DNA of 64,000 nucleotides from Octopus vulgaris (lineage: Eukaryota). The notes beneath the pieces are model-generated. The model worked only from the letters and a program-made list of their open reading frames with translations. It had not been told where the DNA came from and searched no databases. A program made the position numbers and the translations under genes. How positions within the stretch are numbered: position 1 is the first letter of the stretch; every line of letters starts with the position of its first letter. This document shows positions 14,077 to 26,865 of the stretch, piece by piece. The DNA is taken from the NCBI GenBank assembly GCA_951406725.2, contig OX597821.1:95480001-95544000 (forward strand), written 5' to 3'.

Positions 14077-14396
14077 CTGAAAGAAGAAAGCAAAGAGGGT
14101 TTTAATGATAGAACACAACTGAAACATTTAAAGTGAGAGTTGGTAAGAGTAAACTTAAAAGCTTTTGTTAATTTGGCTCCTTCTAGGAAGGTCGGGTCAC
14201 CAGATCAATACGTAGAGCAGAACAGTAAAATAGTAACATACAGTTCACAGTGGTACATTCTACTAAGCTGTAGACAGATACCAGCATGGGAATAGCATAC
14301 ACCAAGCAGTAAATAAATAGCGTAGAAGAGATACAGTTCATCAGGCGAAAATAGATACAAAGGGAGGTGCTGACCACCTAATTGTAAATAAGTATC

Positions 14397-14750
14397 ATGG
14401 TGGCTAAAGGTAAGAACCCCCTTCAGTCATGTATGATAATGAGATTACACCTAGAATGTTCCCCTCTGAGGCACAAGGCTGGCAAAGGTTTTTTGTGGAA
14501 GACTAGCAGTCGCCCATGCATACTAGTTTCCTTCTCCACACCACCGATGTTGTCCGAGGGAAAGACAAAAGCTGATACATCTTGGCACCAGTGATGTTGC
14601 AACTCATTTCTACAGCTGAGTGAGTTGGAGTAACATGAAATAAAAGTGTCTTGCTCAAGAACACAACACACAACTCACATCAGGAATCAAACTCACAACC
14701 TCACAGTTGTAGGCCTGATGCTCTAATCACTGAGCCGTGCACCTTCACAT
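14397..14750 (-). mobile_element. tRNA-derived SINE, older subfamily
   Basis: A/B-box-like head on minus strand (tggctcagtg-like ... gagtttgattcc), flanked by direct repeat catggtgg. Confidence 0.6.
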
Positions 14751-15479
14751 GGTGGAAGTACAGACAACCTAACTGTAAAACGATACCCTGATGGGGGTAC
14801 AATCGACCAAGGTGTACATAGGCATCCTGATGGAAGTACAGGCCACTTAACTGTAAAAGGAAACCATAATCATCATCATCGTTTAACGTCCGTACTCCAT
14901 GCTAGCATGGGTTGGACGGTTTGACCGGGGATCTGGGGAGCCAGAAGGCTACACCAGGCTCCAGTCTGATCTGGCAGTGTTTCTACAGCTGGATGCCCTT
15001 CCTAACATCAACCACTCCTAGAGTGTAGTGGGTGCTTTTTACGTGCCACCGGTACCTGTGCCAGGCGAGGCTGGCAACCGTCACGATCGGATTAGTGCTA
15101 TTTATGTGCCACCGGCACGGAAGCCAGTCAAGGCGGCGCTGGCATCAGCCACGTTTGGATGGTGCTTTTTACGTGCCACCGGCATGGAAGCCAGTCTAGG
15201 CGGCACAAATCATGATTTTGTCTTTTAATGTCCACTTTACCACAGACTTTATACAGTTGGATACCTTTCCTGTCACCAACTTACCTGTTTCAGAGTAAGG
15301 TAATATTTCCTCATGCCAGATATGTTTTTGTAGAATATTTGAAATGGATGACATTCATCCGTAACCATCATGTGCTGTCAAGAGGAGATGCACATGCACA
15401 CACACACACGCATGATGAGCTGCTTCAGTTCCTCTCTACTGATTCAACTCATAAGGCTATGGTTGGACCTGGGGATATA

Positions 15480-15539
<60 letters not shown>

Positions 15540-15544
<5 letters not shown>

Positions 15545-15745
15545 TAATCCAAACAAGAAAGCACAAAAAACACAACAACGCGAGGACGTGGTACAAATAT
15601 AGTTATTATTGGACGCTCAGGAAAGAAGGAGGGTTTAACATTTCGAGCGGAGCTCTTTCGTCGGAAACATAGAAGGAAAAATCCAGAGAAGGGAAGACAG
15701 AGGAAAAAAAAAAAAATCGCCAACGGTACACATGAGGTCACACAC
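15540..15745 (-). mobile_element. Penelope-like pLTR fragment in a (TA)n/(CA)n microsatellite with a degenerate hammerhead-like motif at 15633-15668
   Basis: Minus strand reads gttt-CCGACGA-aa-gagc tcc gctc-GAAA-tg-tt-aaac. Confidence 0.55.
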
Positions 15746-15997
15746 ATATATATATATATATATACATACATACATACATACATACATACATACATACATA
15801 CATAAATACACACACACACACACACGAAGAAGTGCTGGGTCAATCTTTTAAGCATCATAAGGAAACACAAACGTACCATGAAAATATGTAAAATCACTAC
15901 TCACTAAAATACAAGAATGAAAGTTTGAGTAAGAAACAAGAACAAATTTCAAGAAAAGGTTAACAGGCTCAAGGAACATAGAATGTAATTCACTGAC

Positions 15998-16126
15998 CTC
16001 CATGTGGAATATACAAGCAATCCGTATTGCACATCGAATGCCATCAAGACAGAGAGAAGCAACTTCAGTGTCATCACAGTCCTGAAGACCGACACTGAAA
16101 GCTGCCAGAAAGGGGGTCCAAGCAAT
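15998..16126 (-). CDS. ARFGEF1: BIG exon: [43 protein letters not shown]
   Basis: tag| and |gtcagt, 129 nt, phase 0-0. Confidence 0.95.
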
Positions 16127-17108
16127 CTAAAAATGAGGAGAGAAAAGAAAATAGGTTTAGAAGCTTAAATACTAATAATTTCTAACATACACATAAGGAC
16201 TAAAATTTGGAAAAGGGTACAGTCAATTATATTGACCTTAGTACTTAGCTGGGATTTATTTTATCTATTCTGGAAGGCAGTCAACTCCAGTGGAATTTGA
16301 ATACTGCATATTAAAATACTTAACTAATCACTGCAAGCTATTTAATCTGCCACTCTATCAAATCTCCCAGTCAACCTCCTTAATAATGATTTCTTTCAAA
16401 AGCACAAGGTCTCACATCTTAGGAAAGGTTACACTCTATTAGATCAACCTCAGTATCTGGCTGGTACTTATTTTAGCTTTCCCTACAGAATTTCAGGACT
16501 TTTTTTTTTCACTCCCAGCAGCTTAGTCACAAAAAAGAAAACTAGTAGCTTGCAACAGAGTGGATTCTGCTCAGTTTCACTTACTATGCTTTGGTTAAGC
16601 TATGACTATGTTAGAAGAGATAATGTACCACATAGTAGAATCGAACCAAGCAGTTGCAAATCTACCATCATACTTGCACCTGTTTGAACTCAGAGATATA
16701 ATTAAATACCACAAGGTATTTTGTCTGTTGCTCAAACAAATCTACCATCCATCGTCTTCTAATAATAAAGAATTTCAAACATGGTGAATGTGATAATAAC
16801 AATAAAGGAGAAAGTGTTGACTTGAACCCTTTAGCTTTTAAACAGCTATATCCAGTCCAAATATTCTACCTGTTTTATGTTCAAACTGGCCTGATCAAGC
16901 CTATCACACCTATTCTACAATGTCACTCTGAGAAAAAAAAACAAAAAAACAATCATATTATCGATGTCTCAAAGCTGAGATGATGCATGATTAATTCAAA
17001 ACATTGTGAATAAACAAGCTTTACTTTTGATAGAGTAATCTTAATGCTAAATGGTTAAACCTATATCAGTAATAAAGAATCACTTGTTAAAACAGCTGAG
17101 GTACTGAC

Positions 17109-17263
17109 CTTAAACATTGGTCTGACGTGTTCCAAGTGGGTAGCACTGGTGAAGCTGGATGGTACATGACTGACACTCTCCATGAGGGCACGCGCTGTCT
17201 GTGCCATTGTCTCCATTTCCATATTGTACAACAATCGACGTTGTTTCTCACTGATTAAGTCTT
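17109..17263 (-). CDS. ARFGEF1: BIG exon: (K)[51 protein letters not shown]
   Basis: cag| acceptor (NAGNAG: cag|aag), |gtcagt donor, 155 nt, phase 1-0. Confidence 0.93.
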
Positions 17264-18817
17264 CTGCAAGACAGTCACACATTTCAATTAAATCAATTTT
17301 TAATACGTACAATTAGGAAGTAAAACAGAACAAAATTTCATAACAACAATGTATATCCAGACAACAATAAGGGTTTCTAACATAGATGCAAGACTACAAA
17401 GGTTGGGGGAGAGCACAGTTGATTGCATTGACCTCAGTGCTCAATACTAGATTAGATTGGGGTTTACTTCACAGAACCTGGATGAACAAAAAAAAAAATA
17501 AGCTGATCTCAGTGACATTTTGAGTATGATTATAATGGGATACAGGTAAACAGGATAAGGCATTTCATCCTTTGTTCTACTGTTTCTGCAACTCCAGCAA
17601 TTATATTATAATAATTTCTAACGTAAGTATAAGGTTACACAATTCTGAAGCAGAAAGCAGTCAATTATACTGATTTCCAGTATTTAATTGTTGTTTATTT
17701 CATTTACCCTAGGAATGATAAATGGCAAATTTGACCTGGGCAGGATACATACTCTTCCTTTCTTCTTTCTTTCTATACTGTGAAGTTGAGTAACAACAAT
17801 TGGTGAATTCTTTGACAAGTATTTTCTTGTCATGGAATCATCATGAAACAATATAAATATGGTTTCACCATAGCTTTCTTAATTATTTTTTAATAGAGAC
17901 TATTTTGTTGATTAGATACAGACAAGTCTGACACATTCTACTTGGGCAGTGACTCAACATAGTCAAAACAAATTACTGTTAAGCATTTTGTACAATGCTC
18001 TAAGAATTCCACCAATCTACTACTGTTTCATCAAACTCAGAAGGATAAAATCAAAGACAACCTCAGATTTGAACTGAGAAAGAGCCAGAATAACACCACA
18101 AGGTATCTAGCCTTTTCACTTCCTTTCAACATACACATAAATATCACAAAAGTAAAGTTTATATATTATATAGACAAAAGCTGAAGACAAGTCAACCTCA
18201 GCATAAGGCTATATAATATAACACACATACAATCCCTGTTCTTTCTAAAGAGATATGCTGAAGCAAAGATGTTAAAACAGCTTGATACTAGGACGTGTAG
18301 GAGAAGCAAAACAAGGTTAGGACTTCTAAGGGGAGCAATTTTCATTTAAAAAGGAGTATGGCAAACCATATTTTCTGTTTAAAAACATTTAAAAAATATC
18401 ACACAACCAACCTACCGCAGTGTTAATATTTGGACAACATAAACACTGTTTATTCATTAATGAGTTCTCGTTAATAGTGAATTGAGTATATGATAACTAC
18501 TACAGAGCCACACAAGTTTAGAGGATATATATATACAATATTCATTCTTAGTGGTTGAACTTAAAGTAGATAAAACTATAAATAATAGTGTAAATATTGG
18601 GTTAAAAAGCACCTTTGGATAGTTTGATGCAGTAACTATTATCTGTAGTATACAAGGATCTTACATTATATTATGATAGGTTTAAATTTAAATGGGAACA
18701 CGTTAAAACACAGTGGGCTTTGTAATATTAAACCAGAGATTATTTTTAGAAGGATCTGGTTTTGAAAGAGTTGTTTTTAAAAATAGAATTAAAAAAACAA
18801 AAACAGTAAAATCTTAC

Positions 18818-19068
18818 TCGCGGTTGACTTTGCAGGTTTATGTGAACCTGTATATTTCATTTTAATTTCATTACCAGCAATCTCTTCATAGATTGAAGAC
18901 AGATATTCTTCAGGTAAGTCCTTGCTGTCATTAATACCACGATTCATTTTGATGTACTGTTCTTTTGTAATCTTGTGTTTTACTTGAGAACTGTGTAGGT
19001 CTGTGGTAAGCATGATAATCGAATAGGCCAGCACATAGGCTGTGTCAGCACTTGCAAATAATTCAGAG
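18818..19068 (-). CDS. ARFGEF1: BIG exon, Sec7 C-terminal half: [32 protein letters not shown]...[17 protein letters not shown]
   Basis: cag| and |gtaaga, 251 nt, phase 2-1; Sec7 motif 2. Confidence 0.96.
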
Positions 19069-19149
19069 CTGGGAAAAAGGAAGTTAAAGAAAACATCATT
19101 CATGAAGAATTTAAAAGTCCTTACTCATCATCATTATAATAATACTTAG

Positions 19150-19535
19150 TGGAGGCGCAATGGCCCAGTGGTTAGGGCAGCGGACTCGCGGTCGTGGGAT
19201 CGCGGTTTAGATTCCCAGACCGGGCGTTGTGAGTGTTTATTGAGCGAAAACACCTAAAGCTCCACGAGGCTCTGGCTGGGGATGGTGGTGATCCCTGCTG
19301 TACTCTTTCACCACAACTTTCTCTCACTCTTACTTCCTGTTTCTGTTGTACCTGTATTTCAAGGGGCCGGCCTTGTCACTCTCTGTGTCACGCTGAATAT
19401 CCCCGAGAACTACGTTAAGGGTACACGTGTCTGTGGAGTGCTCAGCCACTTACACGTTAATTTCACGAGCAGGCTGTTCTGTTGATCGGATCAACCGGAA
19501 CCCTCGTCGTCGTAATCGACGGAGTGCTTCCATCC
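19150..19535 (+). mobile_element. Young tRNA-derived SINE (~385 bp); near-identical copy at ~24682-25068
   Basis: A box tggcccagtgg, B box ggttt(c/a)gattcc; two highly similar full-length copies. Confidence 0.85.
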
Positions 19536-20427
19536 ACTTATTGCTACCAGCATAGATTTTACACTCACTTATCAATCATTACATTAAGTTGTTCATGAAT
19601 GTATTTACACATCTTGACCCAACTCATACTAACAGCACCAGGCATGGCTGTATAGTTGAGACGTTTGCCACATAATTACATAGCTTTGGATTTAGTTGTA
19701 GCCTGAAAGTGATTATATATGGCAACAAATCATTTATCAATTCCACAACTCTTGTCATACTTTCAGCAACATATCTATTCTAGGGGGCCAGTGCTATTCT
19801 ATTGTATCTATTGATACAGAAAGCTGCATCTTATTGAGGCAAATATTCAAAATTAGGTAGACAGTACTAATCTGTAGTAGCTGTTTACAACAGTGAGTTA
19901 TACCACAGTGTGGTACTTATTCAGAGTTAGGTGATTAGGTTCTAGGGAATTAACTGTCTTGCATACATATAAGTATAAAAGAAAATGTATTTAAGAAAAA
20001 AAGGATAGATAAAATATTAATAAAAATCACAAAGCAAGGGGTTTAAATTAAAACACATATATATCCGTTTGTGGCCGTTGCCAGCCTCGCCTGGCCCCCG
20101 TGCCGGTGGCACGTAAAAAGCACCATCCGTCCATGGCCGTTTGCCAGCCTCGCCTGGCCCCTGTGCCGGTGGCACGTAAAAAGCACCATCCATCCGTGGC
20201 CAGCTTCGTCTGGCTCCTGTGCGGGTGGGACGTAAAAAGCACCCACTACACTCACGGAGTGGTTGGCGTTAGGAAGGGCATCCAGCCGTAGAAACACTGC
20301 CAGATCAGACTGGGCCTGATGCAGCCTTCTGGCTTCACAGACCCCAGTTGAACCGTCCAACCCATGCTAGCATGGAAAGCGGACGCTAAATGATGATGAT
20401 GATGATGATATAAATAAAAGAACTCAC

Positions 20428-20598
20428 TTTGAATTACATTCACAATAGCGAGAAGCAAATTTCTCCATCAATCGATCAATCTTCTGTGCTTCTCCTGGTA
20501 GACGGAACCCTTCTAAAAACTTACGCAATGCTGAAACCATATCCATGTTTTGAAAGACCATTTGATCTACATAGGCATACATCACCTCTTTGTTAAAT
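20428..20598 (-). CDS. ARFGEF1: BIG exon, Sec7 catalytic motif: [12 protein letters not shown]...[26 protein letters not shown]
   Basis: cag| and |gtgagt, 171 nt, phase 2-2; glutamate-finger motif FRLPGE. Confidence 0.97.
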
Positions 20599-22687
20599 CT
20601 GTAAAAAGAGAAAACAAGAATAAGAGGGATATAATAGTCCACTAATAAAACATCAGAATTAAATAAAAAAAAAACACAGTGTAAAGATGACTGGAGTTAA
20701 TTGGTTGGAGACCAAACCTTGAATAAATATGAAAGTGAAAGATGTGTGCAAGACGATTCAGTTCTATTTCATCGCCAAAAAGTGAAACAAGCATTCCTAC
20801 ACGCTATAAATGTGGCTGAGTGCTTATCATTAGCAACTACTGCTGATAGAGTGAATGACTGAATAAGAAGACCGGTGGACAAAATAACATACAATATTTA
20901 CTTCTCTTTATATTCTGGGTTATATTCTGGCTAGTTGATTACATCAACTTCAGTACATGGTTGTCATTATTATTATTAGGGTTGTAGATTGGTAGAATCA
21001 TTGGAGCATTGAACAAAATGCCGTACAAATTTTTGTTCTATATCTTTATGTTCTGAGTCCAGGTTCCACAAGAACTGATATACAATGAGATTTATTTGAT
21101 CACTTGTACCCCTACTCCTAAGTTTACCACCAGTACAACCGAAAATAATCTCTATAGTAAATTATTATAAATTACCAATGAGCATGATCGTTGCCAGAGC
21201 AACAAGCTGGCCTCTGTGCCGATGGCACATAAAAAGCACCATTCGAGCATGATCGTTACCGGCGTCGCCTTACTGGCACTTGTGCTGGTGGCACGTGAAA
21301 AAACATTTGAGCGAGGTCGTTGCCATTGCTGCTGGACTGGCTCCTATGCAGGTGGCACATAAAAAGCACCATTTGAGTGTGGCCATTGCCAGTACTGCCT
21401 GACTGACCCTCATGCTGGTGGCACGTAAAAGCACCAACTACACTCTCGGAGTGGTTGGCGTTAGGAAAGGCATCCAGCTGTAGAAACTCTGCCAGATCAG
21501 ATTGGGGTCTGGTGCTGCCATCTGGTTCACCAGATCTCAGTCAAATTGTCCAACCCATGCTAGCATAGAAAGCGGATGTTAAACGATGATGATGATTCAA
21601 TTACGGTTAATGAAGATAAATACCAGTCAAGTATGGAGTTGATACATTAAAGTGTGCACTTGTTACAGCAAAAGTCATCTCCTCCTACCTATGTTAGATT
21701 TTAAATTTCACCAAAGTCAGCCAAAAGAGGTAACAGTCAGTTAATGTGGTTGACTGAATTGACTGCCCCCTCCATTTGTGACTAAGATATTATTATTAGT
21801 CTGATCTATTTCCCTTCCTCGACCACTCCTATAATTCTCTTCCTCTCATCTTATCCATCTCCACACCGGTATTTCCCTTCAACTGCACTATCTTGTTCAT
21901 CGCTCAGTATATTCACCTCTGTCAACATTTTTAACCATGTTATTACCTGCTCACCCTGTTATGAAAGTATCTGCTCTCTCATACCTTCCCATGATTTGGT
22001 GTTTGTATCTTGTCTTACGCTCAGCCTTTTGTACCTTGAGAGTTTGTTCTAGTACCCCATTCCTTACTACCTTTTATCTTTCAACCATGTACTTCCTCTA
22101 CAGCAAGATACCTGTGAGATACCTGTGCTTTTCTCTTTATCATACTTCTTTCAACACCTGGCATAAAGCCACCCATCTCCACCTACTCCCTTTCAAATAC
22201 TCTCTTCTTTGAAGCAGGACTCCACCTTCCCGTTCTTTTTTTCTGTCTTGCAAGTTACATGGCAACCCCACTAATGCTGGCGGCACAAAAAAAGCACATG
22301 GTGCACTTTATAAAGTGGTTGTAAAAGTGCCCTGTAAAGTGGTTGGTGTTAGGAAGGGCATCCAACCATAGAAACCATGCCAAAGCTGACATTGGAGATC
22401 AATATGACCTTGCAGCTCACCAGATCCTGTTAAAATGTCTGACCCATGTCAGCATGGAAAATGTATGTTAAATGATGATGGTTATTAGTAAGTGGTGTAA
22501 CTAAAGCACGTGTCACACAGAGCAACCTTTGAGTTTACCACCCTCCCCACTGGTTACACCCCTATACAGGCTAACACAACAAACCTAGAAGTGCACCCTG
22601 CTCCATAAAAAGTATTGCCTGGGTGGACCAGTTGCCCCCACTCCCCAATGCTACTAGTATTAGTTTTTGTATTAAGACGAGCACTAA

Positions 22688-22976
22688 TCTTAATATATAA
22701 AAGTGAAGTTGTGTGGTGTCTGTCTCCTCCGATTTAGATTCCTAACTACTCCCACATTTTGCGGTGCAGTTTAACCAAAAGCGGGTATCTTATAGTCATG
22801 ATTCATATCGAGCCCTTCTGGGTATTAGCGCGCGTCTATGATTTAAAAAAAAATTTACCATCATTTTTTCCCATTTTTAATGCATTTTTTGCTATTATAT
22901 AAGGGAAGTAACTCTCTAAAAATGCTTAATAGCTATTTCCCTTACAAACCCGAGCAACGCCGGGTGATACTGCTAG
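22688..22976 (+). mobile_element. Non-autonomous Helitron
   Basis: a|TC...CTAG|t termini, subterminal hairpin cccgagcaacgccggg (22949-22964), no target duplication. Confidence 0.85.
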
Positions 22977-23047
22977 TATATATTAAAACAACAATTTAAG
23001 AAGACAGAATGATAAAACTTGAAGGATAAAAACTTGAAACTACTCAC

Positions 23048-23082
23048 TTTTCATTTTCTCCTAAGAAGTCTCCAATTGCAGT
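23048..23082 (-). CDS. ARFGEF1: BIG 35-nt exon (Sec7): TAIGDFLGENE(K)
   Basis: tttcag| and |gtgagt, phase 0-2; supplies the conserved IGDFLG motif and keeps the frame between its neighbours. Confidence 0.92.
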
Positions 23083-23694
23083 CTGAAATTGAAACAAACA
23101 ATAATAATGAGAATGACAGTGATAGTAGTGACAATGATGATGCTAATGATGGTTGTGGTGATGATGGTGGTGATTATGGTAATGGTAGCCTCGCCTGGCC
23201 CTAGTGCCGGTGGAACGTAAAAGCACCATCTGTTCGTGTCCGTTGCCAGCCTTGCCTGGCCCCCGTGCTGGTGGCACGTAAAAAGCACCATCTGATCGTG
23301 TCCGTTGCCAGCCTTGCCTGGCCCCCGTGCCGGTGGCACGTAAAAGCACCATCCGTTCGTGGCACGTAAAAAGCACCCACTACACTCACGGAGTGGTTGG
23401 CATTAGGAAGGGCATCCAGCCGTAGAAACACTGCCAGATCAGACTGGGCCTGATGCGGCCTTCCGGCTTCACAGACCCCAGTTGAACCGTCCAACCCATG
23501 CTAGCATGGAAAGCGGGCGCTAAATGATGATGATGATGATGGAATGAATCTTACAATGCTGTTGAAACAGATTTTATAAGTTATTCTGGTGGGTGATGAT
23601 AAGAGTGATATCGATGATGATGATGATGATGATGATGTCAATGATTATGATGGTAGTCGGCGGTTCTAGCACTGAAGTCAATGATGGTGATTAC

Positions 23695-23806
23695 CTTGTC
23701 CAATCTTTCTTCATTGTGAAAGAACTCTGCAATGTCGTCTGGAGTTGTACCCAACAGACCTTGTTCTTGAAGGTAGTGAATACCTTTCTTGGATTTTTTG
23801 TAAAAC
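23695..23806 (-). CDS. ARFGEF1: BIG exon, Sec7 start: (M)[37 protein letters not shown]
   Basis: cag| and |gtaatc, 112 nt, phase 2-0. Confidence 0.93.
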
Positions 23807-25601
23807 CTGGAGGAGAGCAAATAAGAGAAAAAAAAACAACAGATCTATGAAATAAAAGTAAGATGAAATGGAACAGGGAAGATGAAGAGTGATGAGCTGG
23901 TTTCATTTTATCTTGTCTGGATATTTGATATTAGCTAAAAGGAGCTAGTTAGCTAAACCTTAGAGAAGCATTAATGTGACAGCTTTCTAATCTTTTCTCT
24001 TAACCTTTTAGTGTTTAAACCGGCCATATCCGGCCAAAATATTCTACCTATTTTATGTTCAAACTAGTCAGATATGGTCATTCATAGCTATCTTATTGTG
24101 TCGTTTTAAAAATAAACAATCACATCGTTTAAATCTCAAAGCCATGAAATGATGCAAGATTAATTTTACATGGTGTGAATACATAAGCTTTACAATTTAC
24201 AGAATAATCTGAATGCTAAAGGGTTAATAATGTGTGTGTGTGTGTGTGACAAAGAGTTCATATTCCCTCCCATTTTTCACACATTTTCACTAATTGTAAA
24301 CAAAAGCCTCACTGTTTATACATTGTTGTTTGCTTGCAATCCACTGCAAACACATGACAGGGTTTCTTTACATGCCTTGACAGGTTGCATATCTCAATGA
24401 ACAAAAGGCTAGATAGACAGGTAGCAGGAGAAGAGAGTTTTTGCTTCTGTTGAAGTCAAAAAAAATACAAGTGTTCAATTTATGTGATGAACAGAGATTA
24501 CATATACCACAGTTTGGATATATAATCTCTGTTTATCACGCATGAATAAAGACAAAGACATTTAAATGTAAAAATGGGTATGAAAAGACTTTATACCATA
24601 TCGTACGTAAATGTAACAAATCCACTGACCTTGTGTGTGCACAAATATATACATGCTGATGTGTGTGTGTGTATATGAATAAGTGGAGGCGCATTGGCCC
24701 AGTGGTTAGGGCAGCAGACTCGCGGTCGTAGGATCGCAGTTTCGATTCCCAGACCGGGCGTTGTGAGTGTTTATTGAGCGAAAACACCTAAAGCTCCATG
24801 AGGCTCCGGCAGGGGATGGTGGTGATCCCTGCTATACTCTTTCACCACAACTTTCTCTCACTCTTACTTCCTGTTTCTGTTGTACCTGTATTTCAAAGGG
24901 CCGGCCTTGTCACTCTCTGTGTCACGTTGAATATCCCCGAGAACTACGTTAAGGGTACACGTGTCTGTGGAGTGCTCAGCCACTTACACGTTAATTTCAC
25001 GAGCAGGCTGTTCCGTTGATCGGATCAACCGGAACCCTCGTCGGCGTAACCGACGGAGTGCTTCCATCATATGAATAAGAATGCATGTGTATAAATATGT
25101 AACTGCCATCATCATAGTTTCAATGTCCACTTTTTCTACGTTGCATGGATCAGATGAAACTCATTGAGGCAGACTTTCAACAGCCAAGTGCTTGTCCTGT
25201 TGACAACACTCGTCAGTAGCCAAGTAAGGTAATGTTTCTCCTTGGCCAGACATGTTTTTACAGAAGATGTCACTTAAATGACAGTGACCCTCAAAATTAT
25301 TATGCAATGCCAAGGCAAGGACATACAAACACACACAAGCTTATTTCAGTTTTTGTCTACTAAATCCGCTCAGAAGGCTTCGATTGGCCCAGGACTATGG
25401 TAGTAGACTCTGGCCCAAGGTTCCATGCAGTGGGACTGAAACTGAAACTATGTGGTTTGAAGCAAATTTCTTTACACCAGAATGCATATATTTGGGTACA
25501 CTTGTACCAGAAACATGCTTAGGACAATTGTGGATGTATATGCACACAGATGAGAGTATGTTCATATAGAAATATGAGCTGGCAAGCATGTAAGTAGAGG
25601 G

Positions 25602-25632
<31 letters not shown>

Positions 25633-25735
25633 TCTGTGTAAATATGTATATATGATTGAGTATAAGGAAAATAGTGTGTATACGGCAGTATAAGTATGCA
25701 TATGTGTGTCCCTTGTTGCCATTGACCCCCAAACC

Positions 25736-25942
<207 letters not shown>

Positions 25943-25967
25943 CCAGGCTGTGGTAAGTGCCACTCAC

Positions 25968-26157
25968 ATTTCAATACCATTCTCCATAATTTCTTTCTGC
26001 TGTTTGAAAGCCTCAAACTGTTCGGGGTTATCATTGGGTAGAGCTGTGGTAAACGAACTACTGTTGGAGTTTAATGAGTTCACACTGCCGTAGCTAGTCA
26101 TGGTCCCTTTGCCAGAATCATTATCTGTTTCATGTAGCTGTGGCTTATTATCTGTAC
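25968..26157 (-). CDS. ARFGEF1: BIG exon: (G)TDNKPQLHETDNDSGKG...DNPEQFEAFKQQKEIMENGIE
   Basis: cag| and |gtgagt, 190 nt, phase 1-2. Confidence 0.92.
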
Positions 26158-26453
26158 CTGATAAAATAACATACATTTTAGTAGAGAGACGATAGCAGAG
26201 AAGATGATAGCAGTGATGGTGGTGGAAGTGAAGTTAGTGGTAATGATAGTAGGGCTACTTGCAGTTTTTACGTGTGGTGGTAGTAGTGGTTATGATGTAG
26301 GGTACTTAAGACAGGTCAGCAGGAGCAGAGTAAGCCTCACTCTTTCACTTTGCCTAAGTTGTTATAATGAATTAGAAGTAGTAGTTTGGAACACTATTGC
26401 TCCTACTCAGTTCAGATAAATACAAAATTCACATACGCAAAATTATAAACATA

Positions 26454-26865
26454 GGCGTAGGAGTGGCTGAGTGGTAAGTAGCTTGCTTACGAACCACATG
26501 GTTGCGGGTTCAGTCCCACTGCGTGGCACCTTGGGCAAGTGTCTTCTGCTATAGCCTCGGGTCGACCAAAACCTTGTGAGTGGATTTGGTAGACAGAAAC
26601 TGACAGAAGCCCGTCGTATATATGTATATATATATATATATGCGTGTGTGTGTGTTTGAGTGTCTGTGCTTGTCCCCCCCAACATCGCTTGACAACCGAT
26701 GGTGGTGTGTTTACGTCCCTGTAACTTAGCGGTTCGGCAAAAGAGACCGATAGAATAAGTACTAGGCTTACAACGAATAAGTCCTGGGGTCGATTTGCTC
26801 GACTAAAGGCGGTGCTCCAGCATGGCCACAGTCAAATGACTGAAACAAGTAAAAGAGTAGAGTAT
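26454..26865 (+). mobile_element. tRNA-derived SINE with internal (TA/TG)n; other copies ~34229-34622 (+), ~39500-39885 (-), ~63850-64000 (-), partial 11645-11830 and 36420-36910
   Basis: Head tggctg(a/t)gtggtaag..gggttcagtccc, ccttgggcaagt core, 3' end ggtgctccagcatggcc..gaaacaagtaaaagagta. Confidence 0.85.

Noticed and set aside
19150-19230. Possible tRNA gene (also near 24686 and 26454)
   Set aside because: A/B boxes are present but there is no full cloverleaf, and the sequence continues into a SINE body found in multiple copies.
21180-23540. Repeated tggcacgtaaaaagcacc units with variable linkers resembling a CRISPR array
   Set aside because: The linkers are homologous to each other and the array is part of a dispersed LINE 3'UTR.
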